Shown here: piece by piece, positions 39,045 to 50,870 of the stretch | How positions within the stretch are numbered: the first letter of the stretch is position 1 | Layout: every line of letters starts with the position of its first letter | Assembly (NCBI GenBank): GCA_003427395.1 | Contig: BFEA01000030.1 | Span: 4,247,321 to 4,311,320, forward strand | DNA from: Chara braunii | Lineage: Eukaryota > Plantae > Charophyceae | Length of the DNA stretch: 64,000 bases | Direction: 5' to 3' | Notes under the pieces: generated by a model | Database searches by the model: none | What the model was told of the DNA's origin: nothing | What the model saw: only the letters and a program-made list of their open reading frames with translations | Made by a program: the position numbers and the translations under genes

Positions 39045-42000
39045 CCTTCTTCATGCATGTGCTCACTCTCTCTCTCTCTACTCGCACTCTCCCCACTTGA
39101 AGATCTTGACTCTGAATACATCCGCTGTCACCTGACTCTGTCTCCTACTACTAGCTATGCGGGTATGGCCGCCTTCCTTCCTCAACGCAGCACTGCCGAG
39201 CAGGGCTCTTGCGCGCATGCTCTCACGAATGAGCAATCTCTCCGGAACTGTGGCTGGCCGGTCCTTATATTGACTTGGGACTGCGCCTGAACTGGTCCTA
39301 GCCTCTGCTTCAATATGAGGCTTGACTTGGACCCGCCCAGTACCACATGCCCACGGCCTGCTTGCTTCAGAATGTCAAAGGGCTGGTACATTTCCCGAAT
39401 TTTTCCCAAATTTTAATTGGTGTGCTGCTGCTTGGGTCTGTGAGTCACAACTTTTCACCTGTGGAACATGACTTTTGACTGTGGGATCTGACTCTTGCCT
39501 CTCCGGGACACGACTTTTGCCTCGAGAAGTGCTTTTTGCCTGGGATATGACTTTTCAATACGACTTTTCAATATGAGACGCGACTTTTGCTTATAGAAAT
39601 GCAACCTTTGCCTCTGGGATGTGACCGTTCACCAGGTGCCTGTTGGACTTGACTCCTAAGGTACCCACCCGACTGTGACCTTTCTGAACTGGCCGACTTG
39701 GCCTCCCTTGGCCTGAGATCTTGACCCTGAAATTTGAATTTGGGGTCCGCATCATGGAATGCCTTTCATATGGCTCAATACGCGGCACGGACGTGTCTAC
39801 CATATCAGGCTCAGCAAGGCACCAAGGCAAACCGGCAGATGAACAGCAAAGCAAGCAGAAAGTTGGGAAGGGGCAAGCAAGGATGGGTGCAGAGCAGAGA
39901 GACAACACCTGAACGAACACAGGCCATCAAGGCACATTCGTGCTCGGCAGTGCTGCGTTGAGGTGCTGCTGAAGCGCTTGTGCACTATCTGCGAGTATGC
40001 AAGCAGACAAGCAGCACATCAACATGCCATAAGCCAAGTCAGCAGCAGGTCATCAAGGCAAGCAGAAAGGTAACAAGGCAAAAACGCAAGCAGGCAGGAA
40101 AGCAAGCATGCAAGCAGACAAGCAGCATTGCAACAAGTCATAAGGCAACTAGACAGGAGGGCAAGCACCAAAGCAACATGGCACAACCAGCGAGGCACCA
40201 GGTAGGCAAGCACCAAGAGAACAAGGCATGGCGCAGCAGCAAGGCAACAAGCAATAGAACAGGCAGGCAAGCACGAGCATCAGGGCAAGCAGCAAGGTAA
40301 AGAAGGCAGACGGCAAGTACGACGGAAGGTGAACGAGCAGACAAGCAGTGACGCGAGCAGCAGGACAACAAGCCACAAGGCAAGCAGGCAAGCATACATG
40401 ACACAATGAGGCAAGGCAACAGTGAGGAAATACAACTGACTGAACAGCTGGAAAAACTGGGGCACTGCAGAAAAATGTGTAGATAGAGAAAATGATGATG
40501 ACGATATATAAGGCGGATTGTCCGTTCACAGTACTACTGGTTAGGGGGACTCGGCAGACTGTCGACAGTTCAGCCTCCTGATGAGCCGGTGAAACTCCAA
40601 TGAAACACTCTGTCACTGCCCCTCTTGTTTGTTGTCCTTTCTCCCTCTTTGCCTATGGTCACTGGGTAATTCTCTAAGGAAATATATATATTATATAATA
40701 TATACATATATTACGATATATATTGAGGGAAGTGGTTGGTGCCCACCTCAGGGTATCAGTTGTGGGGCAGTCGTTGATGCTCAACCACAACCGGGGTTAA
40801 GGTGGATGATCGCTTACAGTGTAATCACTTAGGCAGGGGATTCTGCAGACCGTTGAGGGTTCAGCCTCGTGATGAGTCGGTGAAACTCCGACGAAAGAGT
40901 TTATCACAGCCCCTCGTTTGTTGTCCTCTTCTCCGTACCTCTCTGCCTACGGTTTACCGGGCAGTTCTGTTTGTGACGATATATATATATTGTCACACTG
41001 TGAATATAGCCCCTCGTTCGTTGTCCTCTTCTCTCTCTCTGCCTACGGTTTACCGGGCAGTTCTGTTTGTGACGATATATATACATATATATATATTGTC
41101 ACATAACTACAAACTAAAAGAGCGCACTTTGCGGAACAAAGAATAAAAGCAAAAAACGGGCACAGTGATAACATGCAAAAATAAAAATAAAAACAAAAAG
41201 AAAAAACAAGGGCAGATTGAAACCATTAAATTTCTCATTCTTCTTTGAACTCCACCTCCACTGTGCCTCTGACGTGCAAGGCTCGCCACGTTGCATGCGC
41301 TCATCCACCCCATCCTTACAATCTGTGTCCTTTCTGTCGTCAAGGACAGCCTCATTCTTGAGCTTTTCCCTGTGTTTAACACCTTCCCCTTCACTCTGCC
41401 TCTCTCACAGCGTGCAAGTGGGCTGTTATGGCATACGGGGATGGGGGCNNNNNNNNNNNNNNNNNNNNNNNNNNNNNNNNNNNNNNNNNNNNNNNNNNNN
41501 NNNNNNNNNNNNNNNNNNNNNNNNNNNNNNNNNNNNNNNNNNNNNNNNNNNNNNNNNNNNNNNNNNNNNNNNNNNNNNNNNNNNNNNNNNNNNNNNNNNN
41601 NNNNNNNNNNNNNNNNNNNNNNNNNNNNNNNNNNNNNNNNNNNNNNNNNNNNNNNNNNNNNNNNNNNNNNNNNNNNNNNNNNNNNNNNNNNNNNNNNNNN
41701 NNNNNNNNNNNNNNNNNNNNNNNNNNNNNNNNNNNNNNNNNNNNNNNNNNNNNNNNNNNNNNNNNNNNNNNNNNNNNNNNNNNNNNNNNNNNNNNNNNNN
41801 NNNNNNNNNNNNNNNNNNNNNNNNNNNNNNNNNNNNNNNNNNNNNNNNCTCGTTTGTTGTCCTCTTCTCCCTCTCTGCCTACGGTTTACCGGGCAGTTCT
41901 ATTTGACGATATATATCGTCAAATAGAATATATATATATATATATATATATCGTCACAAACAGATATATATCAATATATATATAGTCAAACAGAGCTGCC

Positions 42001-42052
42001 CGGTAAACCGTAGGCAGAGAGGGAGAAGAGGACAACAAACGAGGGGTTGTGG

Positions 42053-42110
42053 CAAACTGTTTCGTCGGAGTTTCACTGACTCATCAGGAGGCTGAACCCT
42101 CAACAGTCTG
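42053..42110 (-). ncRNA. Type III hammerhead ribozyme
   Basis: cagactGTT-gagg gttcag cctc-CTGATGA-gtcag tgaaact ccgac-GAAA-cagtttg. Confidence 0.85.
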
Positions 42111-42760
42111 CAGAATCACCCACACCAGATGGAAATTTCTACAGACTGTCGGTTCATATATATATATATCGTCAAATATAAGGATTATATGAAATATTTA
42201 CTACATCATGGCATGCTCAGTTGTCTCTGAATTTACACCATCGACCACTCGGACATCTTTCCATTCGGACATTTTGGGAACTTTAAATTTCTTATCAGAC
42301 TCATAAAAAATTCAGTGATTTTTTTATGAGTCTGATAAGAAATATATATATATATATCGTCACAAACAGAACTGCCCGGTAAAACCGTAGGCAGAGAGAG
42401 AGAAGAGGACAACAAACGAGGGGCTGTGACAAAGTGTTTCGTTGGAGTTTCACCGACTCATATATATATATATATATCGTCAAATAGACTCATATATATA
42501 TATATATATCGTCACAAATAGAACTGCCCGGTAAACCGTAGGCAGAGAGAGAGAATATATATATATCGTCAATATATATATATATATATATATATATCGT
42601 CAAATAGAATATATATATATATATATATATCGTCACAAACAGAACTGCCCGGTAAACCGTAGGCAGAGAGAGAGAAGAGGACAACAAACGAGGGGCTGTG
42701 ACAAACTGTTTCGTCGGAGTTTCACCGACTCATCAGAGTGTAATCAGTGAGGGGATTCAG

Positions 42761-42818
42761 CAGACTGTTGAGGGTTCAGCCTCCTGATGAGTCGGTGAAA
42801 CTTCGACGAAACAGTTTG
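42761..42818 (+). ncRNA. Type III hammerhead ribozyme, all helices intact
   Basis: cagactGTT-gagg gttcag cctc-CTGATGA-gtcgg tgaaact tcgac-GAAA-cagtttg. Helices I, II and III all pair. Confidence 0.9.
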
Positions 42819-43050
42819 TCACAGCCCCTCGTTTGTTGTCCTCTTCTCTCTCTCTGCCTACGGTTTACCGGGCAGTTCTGTTTGTGACGATATGGGCAGT
42901 TCTGTTTGTGACGATATATATATATATCGTCAAATAGAACTGCCCGGTAAACCGTAGGCAGAGAGGGAGAAGAGGACAACAAACGAGGGGCTGTGACGAA
43001 CTGTTTCGTCGGAGTTTCACCGACTCATCAGGATATATATATATTTGACG

Positions 43051-43091
<41 letters not shown>

Positions 43092-43410
43092 CAAACAAAC
43101 AAACAAACAAACAAAGTTACAAAAACAAAAAAACTCAAAGTTTATCAGCCACGGGCGCCTCTATGCGTGCTGAGCCCACAGGTGTCCAAAAGTTTCGCTG
43201 CTCAACTCGCTGGTTTTCGAACACGTGAAGGCGGCACTTGTGGACGCGTGGTGGTTGCTTTGCCTGGCTTTGTGGACACAGGGTGCATGCTTTACGGTGC
43301 TTTGTGGACACACTGGCTGTGGGTTTCACTGCACTACTCTCCACTCTCTGGGAAATCGGAAGGTACGCAGAGAGCTGCCGTACTCTACGACTTCACATTT
43401 TTTGGGGGTC

Positions 43411-43708
43411 ATCGCTGCACTTACTCTCCACGGTCCAACTCTCTGTTTCGTGAGCGCACTCTGAGATGCGGACACAGCACTAGAAGACTCGGTGTGATGC
43501 GCATTTTGTCCGCCCAGACTCCTGGTACACTCTCCGAATTCAGTGCCGATTCGTGAGACCCACGGACCGCGTCTGGGTTCGGCCGTTTTTTGGGGACCAC
43601 GCTGGGCACTCTCCTCTCCGACCACAGCGAGAGGTGTCCAAGAATGTTCTCTGACAACTCTCCAAGAAGGTTTTTTTCGACATTGACTCAGAGAGTAAGT
43701 GCAGCGAT
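43411..43708. mobile_element. Possible MITE with 18-bp TIR
   Basis: ATCGCTGCACTTACTCTC / GAGAGTAAGTGCAGCGAT. A similar end occurs at ~38196. Confidence 0.5.
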
Positions 43709-45181
43709 AAAGAACTCTCTGAGATCGTAGACCAGACAGTAGCGCAGGCAGGGAGGCCCTTTGTTTGTTGTTTTCTTCATGTTCCTTTGCGAACACCTGG
43801 AGCTTACTTTGTTTTGTTTTTACGACTTTTTATGACTTTTTAGTATGGCGGCCATTTCCTTTTGACTGCCTCTGGCTACACTGATCTCAGCGGGAGAACA
43901 AGGTGCACTGCGCGTATTCTTTTCTAAGCTTGCCAAGCACGCAGCAGAGGGTGGAAACTCGACACTGGAAAAAAGAAAAAAGAAAAAAAAAAAAACTCGA
44001 CAGTGTTGTGCAGGCTCCTGTTTCACGTGGCAGCGCGCGTTTCACTGGTGGCGCAGGGGAAAAAGGCGAGGCACGTCATGCAGTGCGTCGTGCATGTTTT
44101 CTTTACTGGTAAACTCGGCGGCACCATAGAAAGCGCTCTTCCGGGACTGGTATGGAAGTTGCAGGGAGAACAGCAAGGGACAGACCGTATAATGGACCTC
44201 GTCTCGTTAGAAACAGCGCGATCACAGAACAGCATGGCAGATATAAACTCAGCATACAAGGCACAGAAGAGCCAGCGTTTAAGAAAAGAGGGAATCAGTT
44301 TGTATTTGTCTCTTGACCTGTCCTCCCTTCCTCCAGAACCCTTGACTGTAAAGAGGGGTACCGTCCAGGACGCAGGGGTGGCCAGGGTTTAGGGTTCAAG
44401 GGGAGTGGTTTTGTACCCGCCTTTGGGCTCAGCTGCCTGCCTAGATGGTGGAGAGTTGTCTCACTGTAGGCGGATTCGTATCTGAGCTGCTGGACTAGGC
44501 ATGAGTGTGGGACTTGATTACATAAGAGTGAGTGTGTTCGTAGATTTGAACTATGTAGGGGCTGAATTCCTCAGTCATGAGTCGTTACATTCTTGTCTTC
44601 TTCTTTTGTTGAAGTGTTTCTCCTCTTTCGCTATTTGCAGCCCTGTTAGTCCAGTTTCTATATTTGTTCAGGATGAGCATGTTGGGATTTTGAAGCAAAG
44701 GACACTGGACCCGTTTTCCAGTATGAGGGGGGCCCCAGTATTCCGGGTTGAGATGTGGGGGGATTCCCGGCCTCCTTTTGCTCTTATAATAAAACGTTTT
44801 GTTTTGTTTTTTTTTAAAAAAAAAAAAAAAAAAAAGGGGTCTCTGCCTCTATTTCTCTGCACCGGGGCCTGCTCTCTCTCTCTTTCTCTGCACCGGGGCC
44901 TGCTCTCTCTCTCTTCTCTGCACCGGGGCCTGCTCCCTCTAAATTCTCTCTGTCTCTCTNNNNNNNNNNNNNNNNNNNNNNNNNNNNNNNNNNNNNNNNN
45001 NNNNNNNNNNNNNNNNNNNNNNNNNNNNNNNNNNNNNNNNNNNNNNNNNNNNNNNNNNNNNNNNNNNNNNNNNNNNNNNNNNNNNNNNNNNNNNNNNNNN
45101 NNNNNNNNNNNNNNNNNNNNNNNNNNNNNNNNNNNNNNNNNNNNNNNNNNNNNNNNNNNNNNNNNNNNNNNNNNNNNNNNN

Positions 45182-45262
<81 letters not shown>

Positions 45263-45302
45263 GTGTGTGTGTGTGTCCCCAGTAGTTTGCCCACCCTCTT
45301 AA

Positions 45303-45488
45303 ACCGCCAGTGCACGGCCCCTGCCTTGCTGAAAATGTTTCGGCGCCTACTCCAAAAATTTCGCGCCTCGGGCCGACCTGACCACAGTGGCTGGCGGCAC
45401 CATCCAAAAAAGAAAGAAGTGCGCCGCTGGCAGCTCAGCAAAGCTTGGCGTGCAGTGCGGCGCCTCCAGGCCCACATATACTGGTGGT
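45303..45488. mobile_element. MITE of the ACCACCAGTAC-TIR family with TTAA TSD
   Basis: ttaa|ACCGCCAGTG ... TACTGGTGGT|ttaa. Confidence 0.65.
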
Positions 45489-46062
45489 TTAACTCCTCAA
45501 ATTATCAGTCTTGTCTCTGTGTTTGTCTGTGTCCCTTTCCCTGTGGTCTCCCTGATTTTCAAGAGCAGCGAGGCACCTTCGCTCCTCTACACAACACTCT
45601 ACAGAGTCTACATGCATTTGGACGTTTTCTTGACCATATACATTCAAAATGGTGGACTCGTCCGAATGGACTTGGTCCAGAGAGCGTCCAAATGCATGTA
45701 CAGTGTTGTGTAGTGGAGCGAGACCCATTGTCTGTGTTGTGCACAGCCAGCTGTCTGCTGTCTGTGTTGCTTTCCATGTGGTCTCCTCGATCTTCAACCA
45801 CAATGAAGCGCCTTTGAGACGTCAACAACAGTCAGTGGCAGTTTGTTAGAAGTGTCTGTAACACTACCGATCGGCCGCGCTCAGTTGGTACTCCCACAAA
45901 CTGTTGAAATATGAATCAGACCGAAGATCAAACCCAGATACAATGAGATGACCAGAATAAAATACTTCTGAATAACCTGGGGCTGATCAGTTCAGCGATG
46001 ATATCTCCAGGTTGTCGCGCTGGAATCTATAGTTAAAGGCAGCACTCGAGTGACAGAATACG

Positions 46063-47720
46063 GACCTGGCGTCAGGCGGAAGGGCGAAGAGGTGCTGCCG
46101 GTATACCTAGATCAACCCACCATGCTCAAGTTTTCACATATATAAAGCACACGTAGCAATGTAGCTCACAACAGCACATATATCACACAGACATGTCTCT
46201 GCTGTATTGGAGCACAAACACAGTACACAGCAGCTTCAACACGATACCTGGCGCCAGGCGGAAGAGGGAAGAGGTGCTGCCAGTATACCTACATCAAGTT
46301 TTCACATGTATCAAGCACACGTAGCAATGTAGCTCACGCAGCACATATATCACACAGACATGTCTCTGCTGTATTGGAGCACAAACACAGTACACATGTT
46401 ACATACTGATGCCACACGGGTCTCTTTCGGACCCCACCACTAGGCTAAGGGGTACTTAGGCCGGCCCAGCCAAAGGCCGGACCCTTCTCCCAGTAGACCG
46501 CATTGAGGCCACCGGTTGGTTTCCTGCAGCAGACCAGGTCTAGGCCCAAACGACATTACCGTTGGGCGTGGCGGCGCTCTTGAGGCTGCCGCTCGCTGGT
46601 CTGATCTGAATCGTCAATCTTGACGACTCAGATCAGGGCGCGCTGGGCAGCATTGAGGCCGACCAGCCGCTGGACGGTACTTAGGCCGGTCCAGCGACCT
46701 TTTCCAGCAGCTTGGAGCAGCGGCATTGAGGAGCAACCGTGGTGCGCTATTCTGGGTTTAGCGCAGCGCTGGGAACTGCAGCGCTAAGTTTAGCGCACTG
46801 CAGCACAGAAGAACGAGGAGGGAGACTTACCTGACAGCAGCCACGAGCGCCATAGCTCCCAGCAGCACGGCCGTCTCCTGCAGCAGCCAAGGCGTCACCT
46901 TGTCCCATCAGGTAGGGCCTGGCGCAACTCGCCATCTCCGCTCATGCTCTGCCCCTCTCTTCTTCTTCTTCTTCTTCTTCTTCTTCTTCTTCTTCTTCTT
47001 CAGACTGGAGACTTTTATACGAGTTGGACAGAGATCAGTGATTGGACTTCGGTGGTAGGAGGCTGTGATACTTACCGGATTCGAGACATTGGAGATAGTC
47101 GGGATTGATACCAGGTGGCATCACAGATCGGACACCGGCTATATTAGGATTCTGTACCTCCGACATTGGTGACTTATGTGCACGACATTCTGACTTTGTT
47201 CGGTGACATTTTGGACTACCATATCGGTGACCTTCTGGATTCTATCTTGGTGACATCTGGCGCTGCCTATACCTCCCACCTCCATCGTCTCTCCTCCCAC
47301 CATTCATCTGTGTATGATTGTACGGGGCCTGAAGCATCGTCTATGTATGGTCTTCAGACCCCCTCCATCTCACGATTGCTTGTGTGTCGAGTGATATTTG
47401 GGTGAGTGCAGTCTATGTGAGTCAGTCCATTTCTCAGACTTCCGCTGTCTACATGCTCATCCTATATTGGTTGATCTTTGGTTCTGCCCATACTTGGTGA
47501 AGTATTCACTAGTATGCAACAACACAGCAGCTTCAACACGGTACCTGGTGTCAGGCGGAAGGGCGAAGAGGTGCTGCCAGTATACCTAGAGTCAACCCAC
47601 CATGCTCAAGTTTTCACATGTATCACGCACACGTAGCAATGTAGCTCACGCGGCACATATATCACACAGGCATGTCTCTGCTGTATTGGAGCAGAAACAC
47701 AGTACACAGCAGCTTCAACA
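46063..47720. repeat. Three-copy tandem repeat (~170-180 bp unit) interrupted by a solo LTR
   Basis: ACCTGG..CAGGCGGAAG..GAGGTGCTGCC..CAGCAGCTTCAACA at ~46064, ~46245 and ~47543. Confidence 0.85.
46397..47521. mobile_element. Solo LTR
   Basis: TGTTACATACT...AGTATGCAACA termini and 5-bp TSD ACACA. Removing it restores the tandem repeat unit. Confidence 0.9.
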
Positions 47721-48252
47721 TGGCACACGGGGAAAGAATAGTACGCCAATTGAGTTGGACACGCAAAGCAGGCTGCGATAGTGAAGCACGGGACACTGGT
47801 TCATTCCGGGTTGAGATGTCGAGGGATTCCCCGCCTCCTTTCGCATTAATAATAGAGCAAAATGTTCTCAAAAAAAAAAAAAAACATGGCACACGGCACT
47901 CAACATGTGACATAACTCTGGTATCGACATAAGGTTTTGTATTATTGTACAGGGACGCTGGAAGCGATTTCCAGCAGGTGCAGCTCCCCACCAATAGATG
48001 GAGCCTTCACTGCAGGGACCTGCTTAAAGGGGATGCTCTTACCACCCCGTTAAGCAGATCTCCCTGAAACATGAAGTTAAAAAAAAAAAAAAAAAAACGG
48101 CGGCTTGTCGCCCAGACTCGCCCTCGGTTTTTTTTTTGTTTTTTTTTTTTTCCCGGGGAGAGACAGAGATCAGATGGAGGTGGGCCAGGTGGCTAAAGAT
48201 CAGGAACCTGGGCAAGCTCTGAGACCAGATGGAGGTGGCTAAATATCAGAAA

Positions 48253-48371
48253 CCTACCATCTTCACCCGAATAGAACGCCCGTCGCCTGGCGATTATAGC
48301 TGTATTTGATGCAACTTCAGTCCAGATACGACCATAATTACCGGGCGTTCTATTCGGGCGAAGAAGGTAGG
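48253..48371. mobile_element. Tiny TIR element or hairpin
   Basis: CTACCATCTTCACCCGAATAGAACGCCCG / CGGGCGTTCTATTCGGGCGAAGAAGGTAG. The same end recurs at ~58320-58345. Confidence 0.6.
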
Positions 48372-48699
48372 GCAAGGTCATCCACAGAGTTTGGACAAAA
48401 AGAGGAGGGCTTTCACAAAGAATTGGCTGCTGGAGGGTCAGATAGCGACGATCGCAGGCAAGAGATTGAGATGGAAGAAATGGGGGACACGCCTGAGGGA
48501 TCGGTGCTGGGCCCTCGAGCGTCTTGATTTGCACGCAGAGCCGACAGACTTGGCCTCAGCCAAGTCTGAGTGGATTCTGAGGGGACGGCAAGCTGACTGC
48601 AATGCCCCCACTCAGTGGAGCAATGAATGCTGATCAGGGGTTCCTTCATCCATTCGGAAGGCAGGCTTAAAAAAGAAACAGTAATAATAATTTGGAGTC

Positions 48700-48801
48700 T
48701 TTTTGGACCATTTCTGGGTTTACGTATGTCGTCCTTGCATAGGGGTCATGTTAATTACCCTTCTCTGTGTTGTTCCAATCTTAACGGATGTCCCGGAGGA
48801 C
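48700..48801 (-). pseudogene. U6: U6 snRNA-derived copy 3, diverged
   Basis: Minus strand GTCCTCCGGGACATCCGTTAAGATTGGAACAACACAGAGAAGggtaATTAACATGACCCCTATGCAAGGACGACA..GAAATGGTCCAAAA. Confidence 0.85.
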
Positions 48802-50870
48802 GCGGAAGGAAGCTTTCGAGTGGGTGTACGTCGTCATATCTTAAGAGTCAAGACTTTTCGGGGGANNNNNNNNNNNNNNNNNNNNNNNNNNNNNNNNNNN
48901 NNNNNNNNNNNNNNNNNNNNNNNNNNNNNNNNNNNNNNNNNNNNNNNNNNNNNNNNNNNNNNNNNNNNNNNNNNNNNNNNNNNNNNNNNNNNNNNNNNNN
49001 NNNNNNNNNNNNNNNNNNNNNNNNNNNNNNNNNNNNNNNNNNNNNNNNNNNNNNNNNNNNNNNNNNNNNNNNNNNNNNNNNNNNNNNNNNNNNNNNNNNN
49101 NNNNNNNNNNNNNNNNNNNNNNNNNNNNNNNNNNNNNNNNNNNNNNNNNNNNNNNNNNNNNNNNNNNNNNNNNNNNNNNNNNNNNNNNNNNNNNNNNNNN
49201 NNNNNNNNNNNNNNNNNNNNNNNNNNNNNNNNNNNNNNNNNNNNNNNNNNNNNNNNNNNNNNNNNNNNNNNNNNNNNNNNNNNNNNNNNNNNNNNNNNNN
49301 NNNNNNNNNNNNNNNNNNNNNNNNNNNNNNNNNNNNNNNNNNNNNNNNNNNNNNNNNNNNNNNNNNNNNNNNNNNNNNNNNNNNNNNNNNNNNNNNNNNN
49401 NNNNNNNNNNNNNNNNNNNNNNNNNNNNNNNNNNNNNNNNNNNNNNNNNNNNNNNNNNNNNNNNNNNNNNNNNNNNNNNNNNNNNNNNNNNNNNNNNNNN
49501 NNNNNNNNNNNNNNNNNNNNNNNNNNNNNNNNNNNNNNNNNNNNNNNNNNNNNTATATATATAAAAAAAAAAAAAAAAAAAAAAAACCCTTTTTTAACGT
49601 CTCTCTTGTGGGTGCTAGCGTTGTTGACAACAGCAATCACCGCCACCACCCCCAGGAAGACTCCATCTATTGGTGGGGAGTATTTTACCTGCTGGAAAAT
49701 GGGTCCCGTGTCCCAAATACAGCAAACATTATGATTCTGAAAATGTCCGAGGAATGTACGAATGGGGCCTGCCAGCATTGATTACCCTCAGGCTGGGACT
49801 CTGTGTTGTAGGTGTTGCCTTCCTGCCCTGCTGCTAGGCCTTAATGGATGCCTGCCCGGTTGCCACCCTTGCCCTGTTGTCCTTCTGTTCATTTTTAGCT
49901 TGCCTTGTTGTGCTTGCTTCGTCGCCTTGCTGCCTGCCTTGCTACCATCTTCTTCAAACAGCCATTTCGTCAAAACGGACATATTATATTTTTTGAACGA
50001 AATCAAAACTGACTTTTTTTGCCAAAATCCGGTCGGAATTTTTTGCTCCTGGGGGTCCGGCATTTTGGGAACGCCGGACCCCCTACATGTATCTGGTCTA
50101 TGGTTGAGACCAGATATAATTTTTTTATCTTTTATTTTTTTTATTTTTTATTTTTTTTGTACTGGTCTCAACCATAGACCAGATACATGTAGGGGGTCCG
50201 GCGTTCCCAAAACGCCGGACCCCAGGAGCAAAAAATTCCGACCGAAAAACTTGGTCGCGAAGGGAAGGTTAGGTAGATGGCGCTAAGCTCAACGCGCCAG
50301 GTTCAAGGGAGAGCCCATCCGTGCGGGTAAGTCTCATGGCCAGCTTGGACTCTCTTGCTCCTGCGTAGCATGTTGTACACCACGTTTTCCCCCTGAGAAG
50401 ACCAGGGGGCAGGGAGCAACTGTCCGCCCGGGGTGAAGGCTCTTTCGAGGGATGGAGGACGTACTTCCGGCTCCCTCAGGCGCCTAGAAGAAACGAAGAG
50501 AGCAGAAACCTATCGACGCACCTTCTTGGCGATTCTTCACCATGCTCGAAGTCGACTTTCACCAGGTGTTCTTCTTCAGAAAATACTCGGCGTCCAGTTA
50601 CAAAATATCGGTATATGATTTACATTCTCGCTATTTCCTCCTATGGCTTAATGTAACCGGGACGGGGGGACGGGTAATTTTCCGATGACATCCCTATTTA
50701 TTAAAGCCTCGGTAAATATCTACTAGGGGTTTCTTTATTTAACTAGACTCTTTGGTAGTACTTCATAGAGCATGATATAACTTTCTGTCTATTGTTGATT
50801 TTTGTTTTCGAAGATTGTTTTTTGAGAATCTATGTGGCGTTACTGTTTCACGAAGGAATAGGGAAGAGAT

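Larger units (their letters stand above)
40555..43033. repeat. Cluster of short hammerhead-containing repeat units in both orientations separated by (TA)n
   Basis: Repeated HHR core plus CAGCCCCTCGTTTGTTGTCCTCTTCTC..CTGCCTACGGTTTACCGGGCAGTTCTGTTTGTGACGA(TA)n. Confidence 0.9.

Noticed and set aside
39980-40430. ORFs in GCAA/GGCA-rich tracts (also 31130-31620)
   Set aside because: Low-complexity sequence with no coding signature.
40900-43033. CRISPR-like array
   Set aside because: Eukaryotic context, mixed orientations, and the 'spacers' are only (TA)n.
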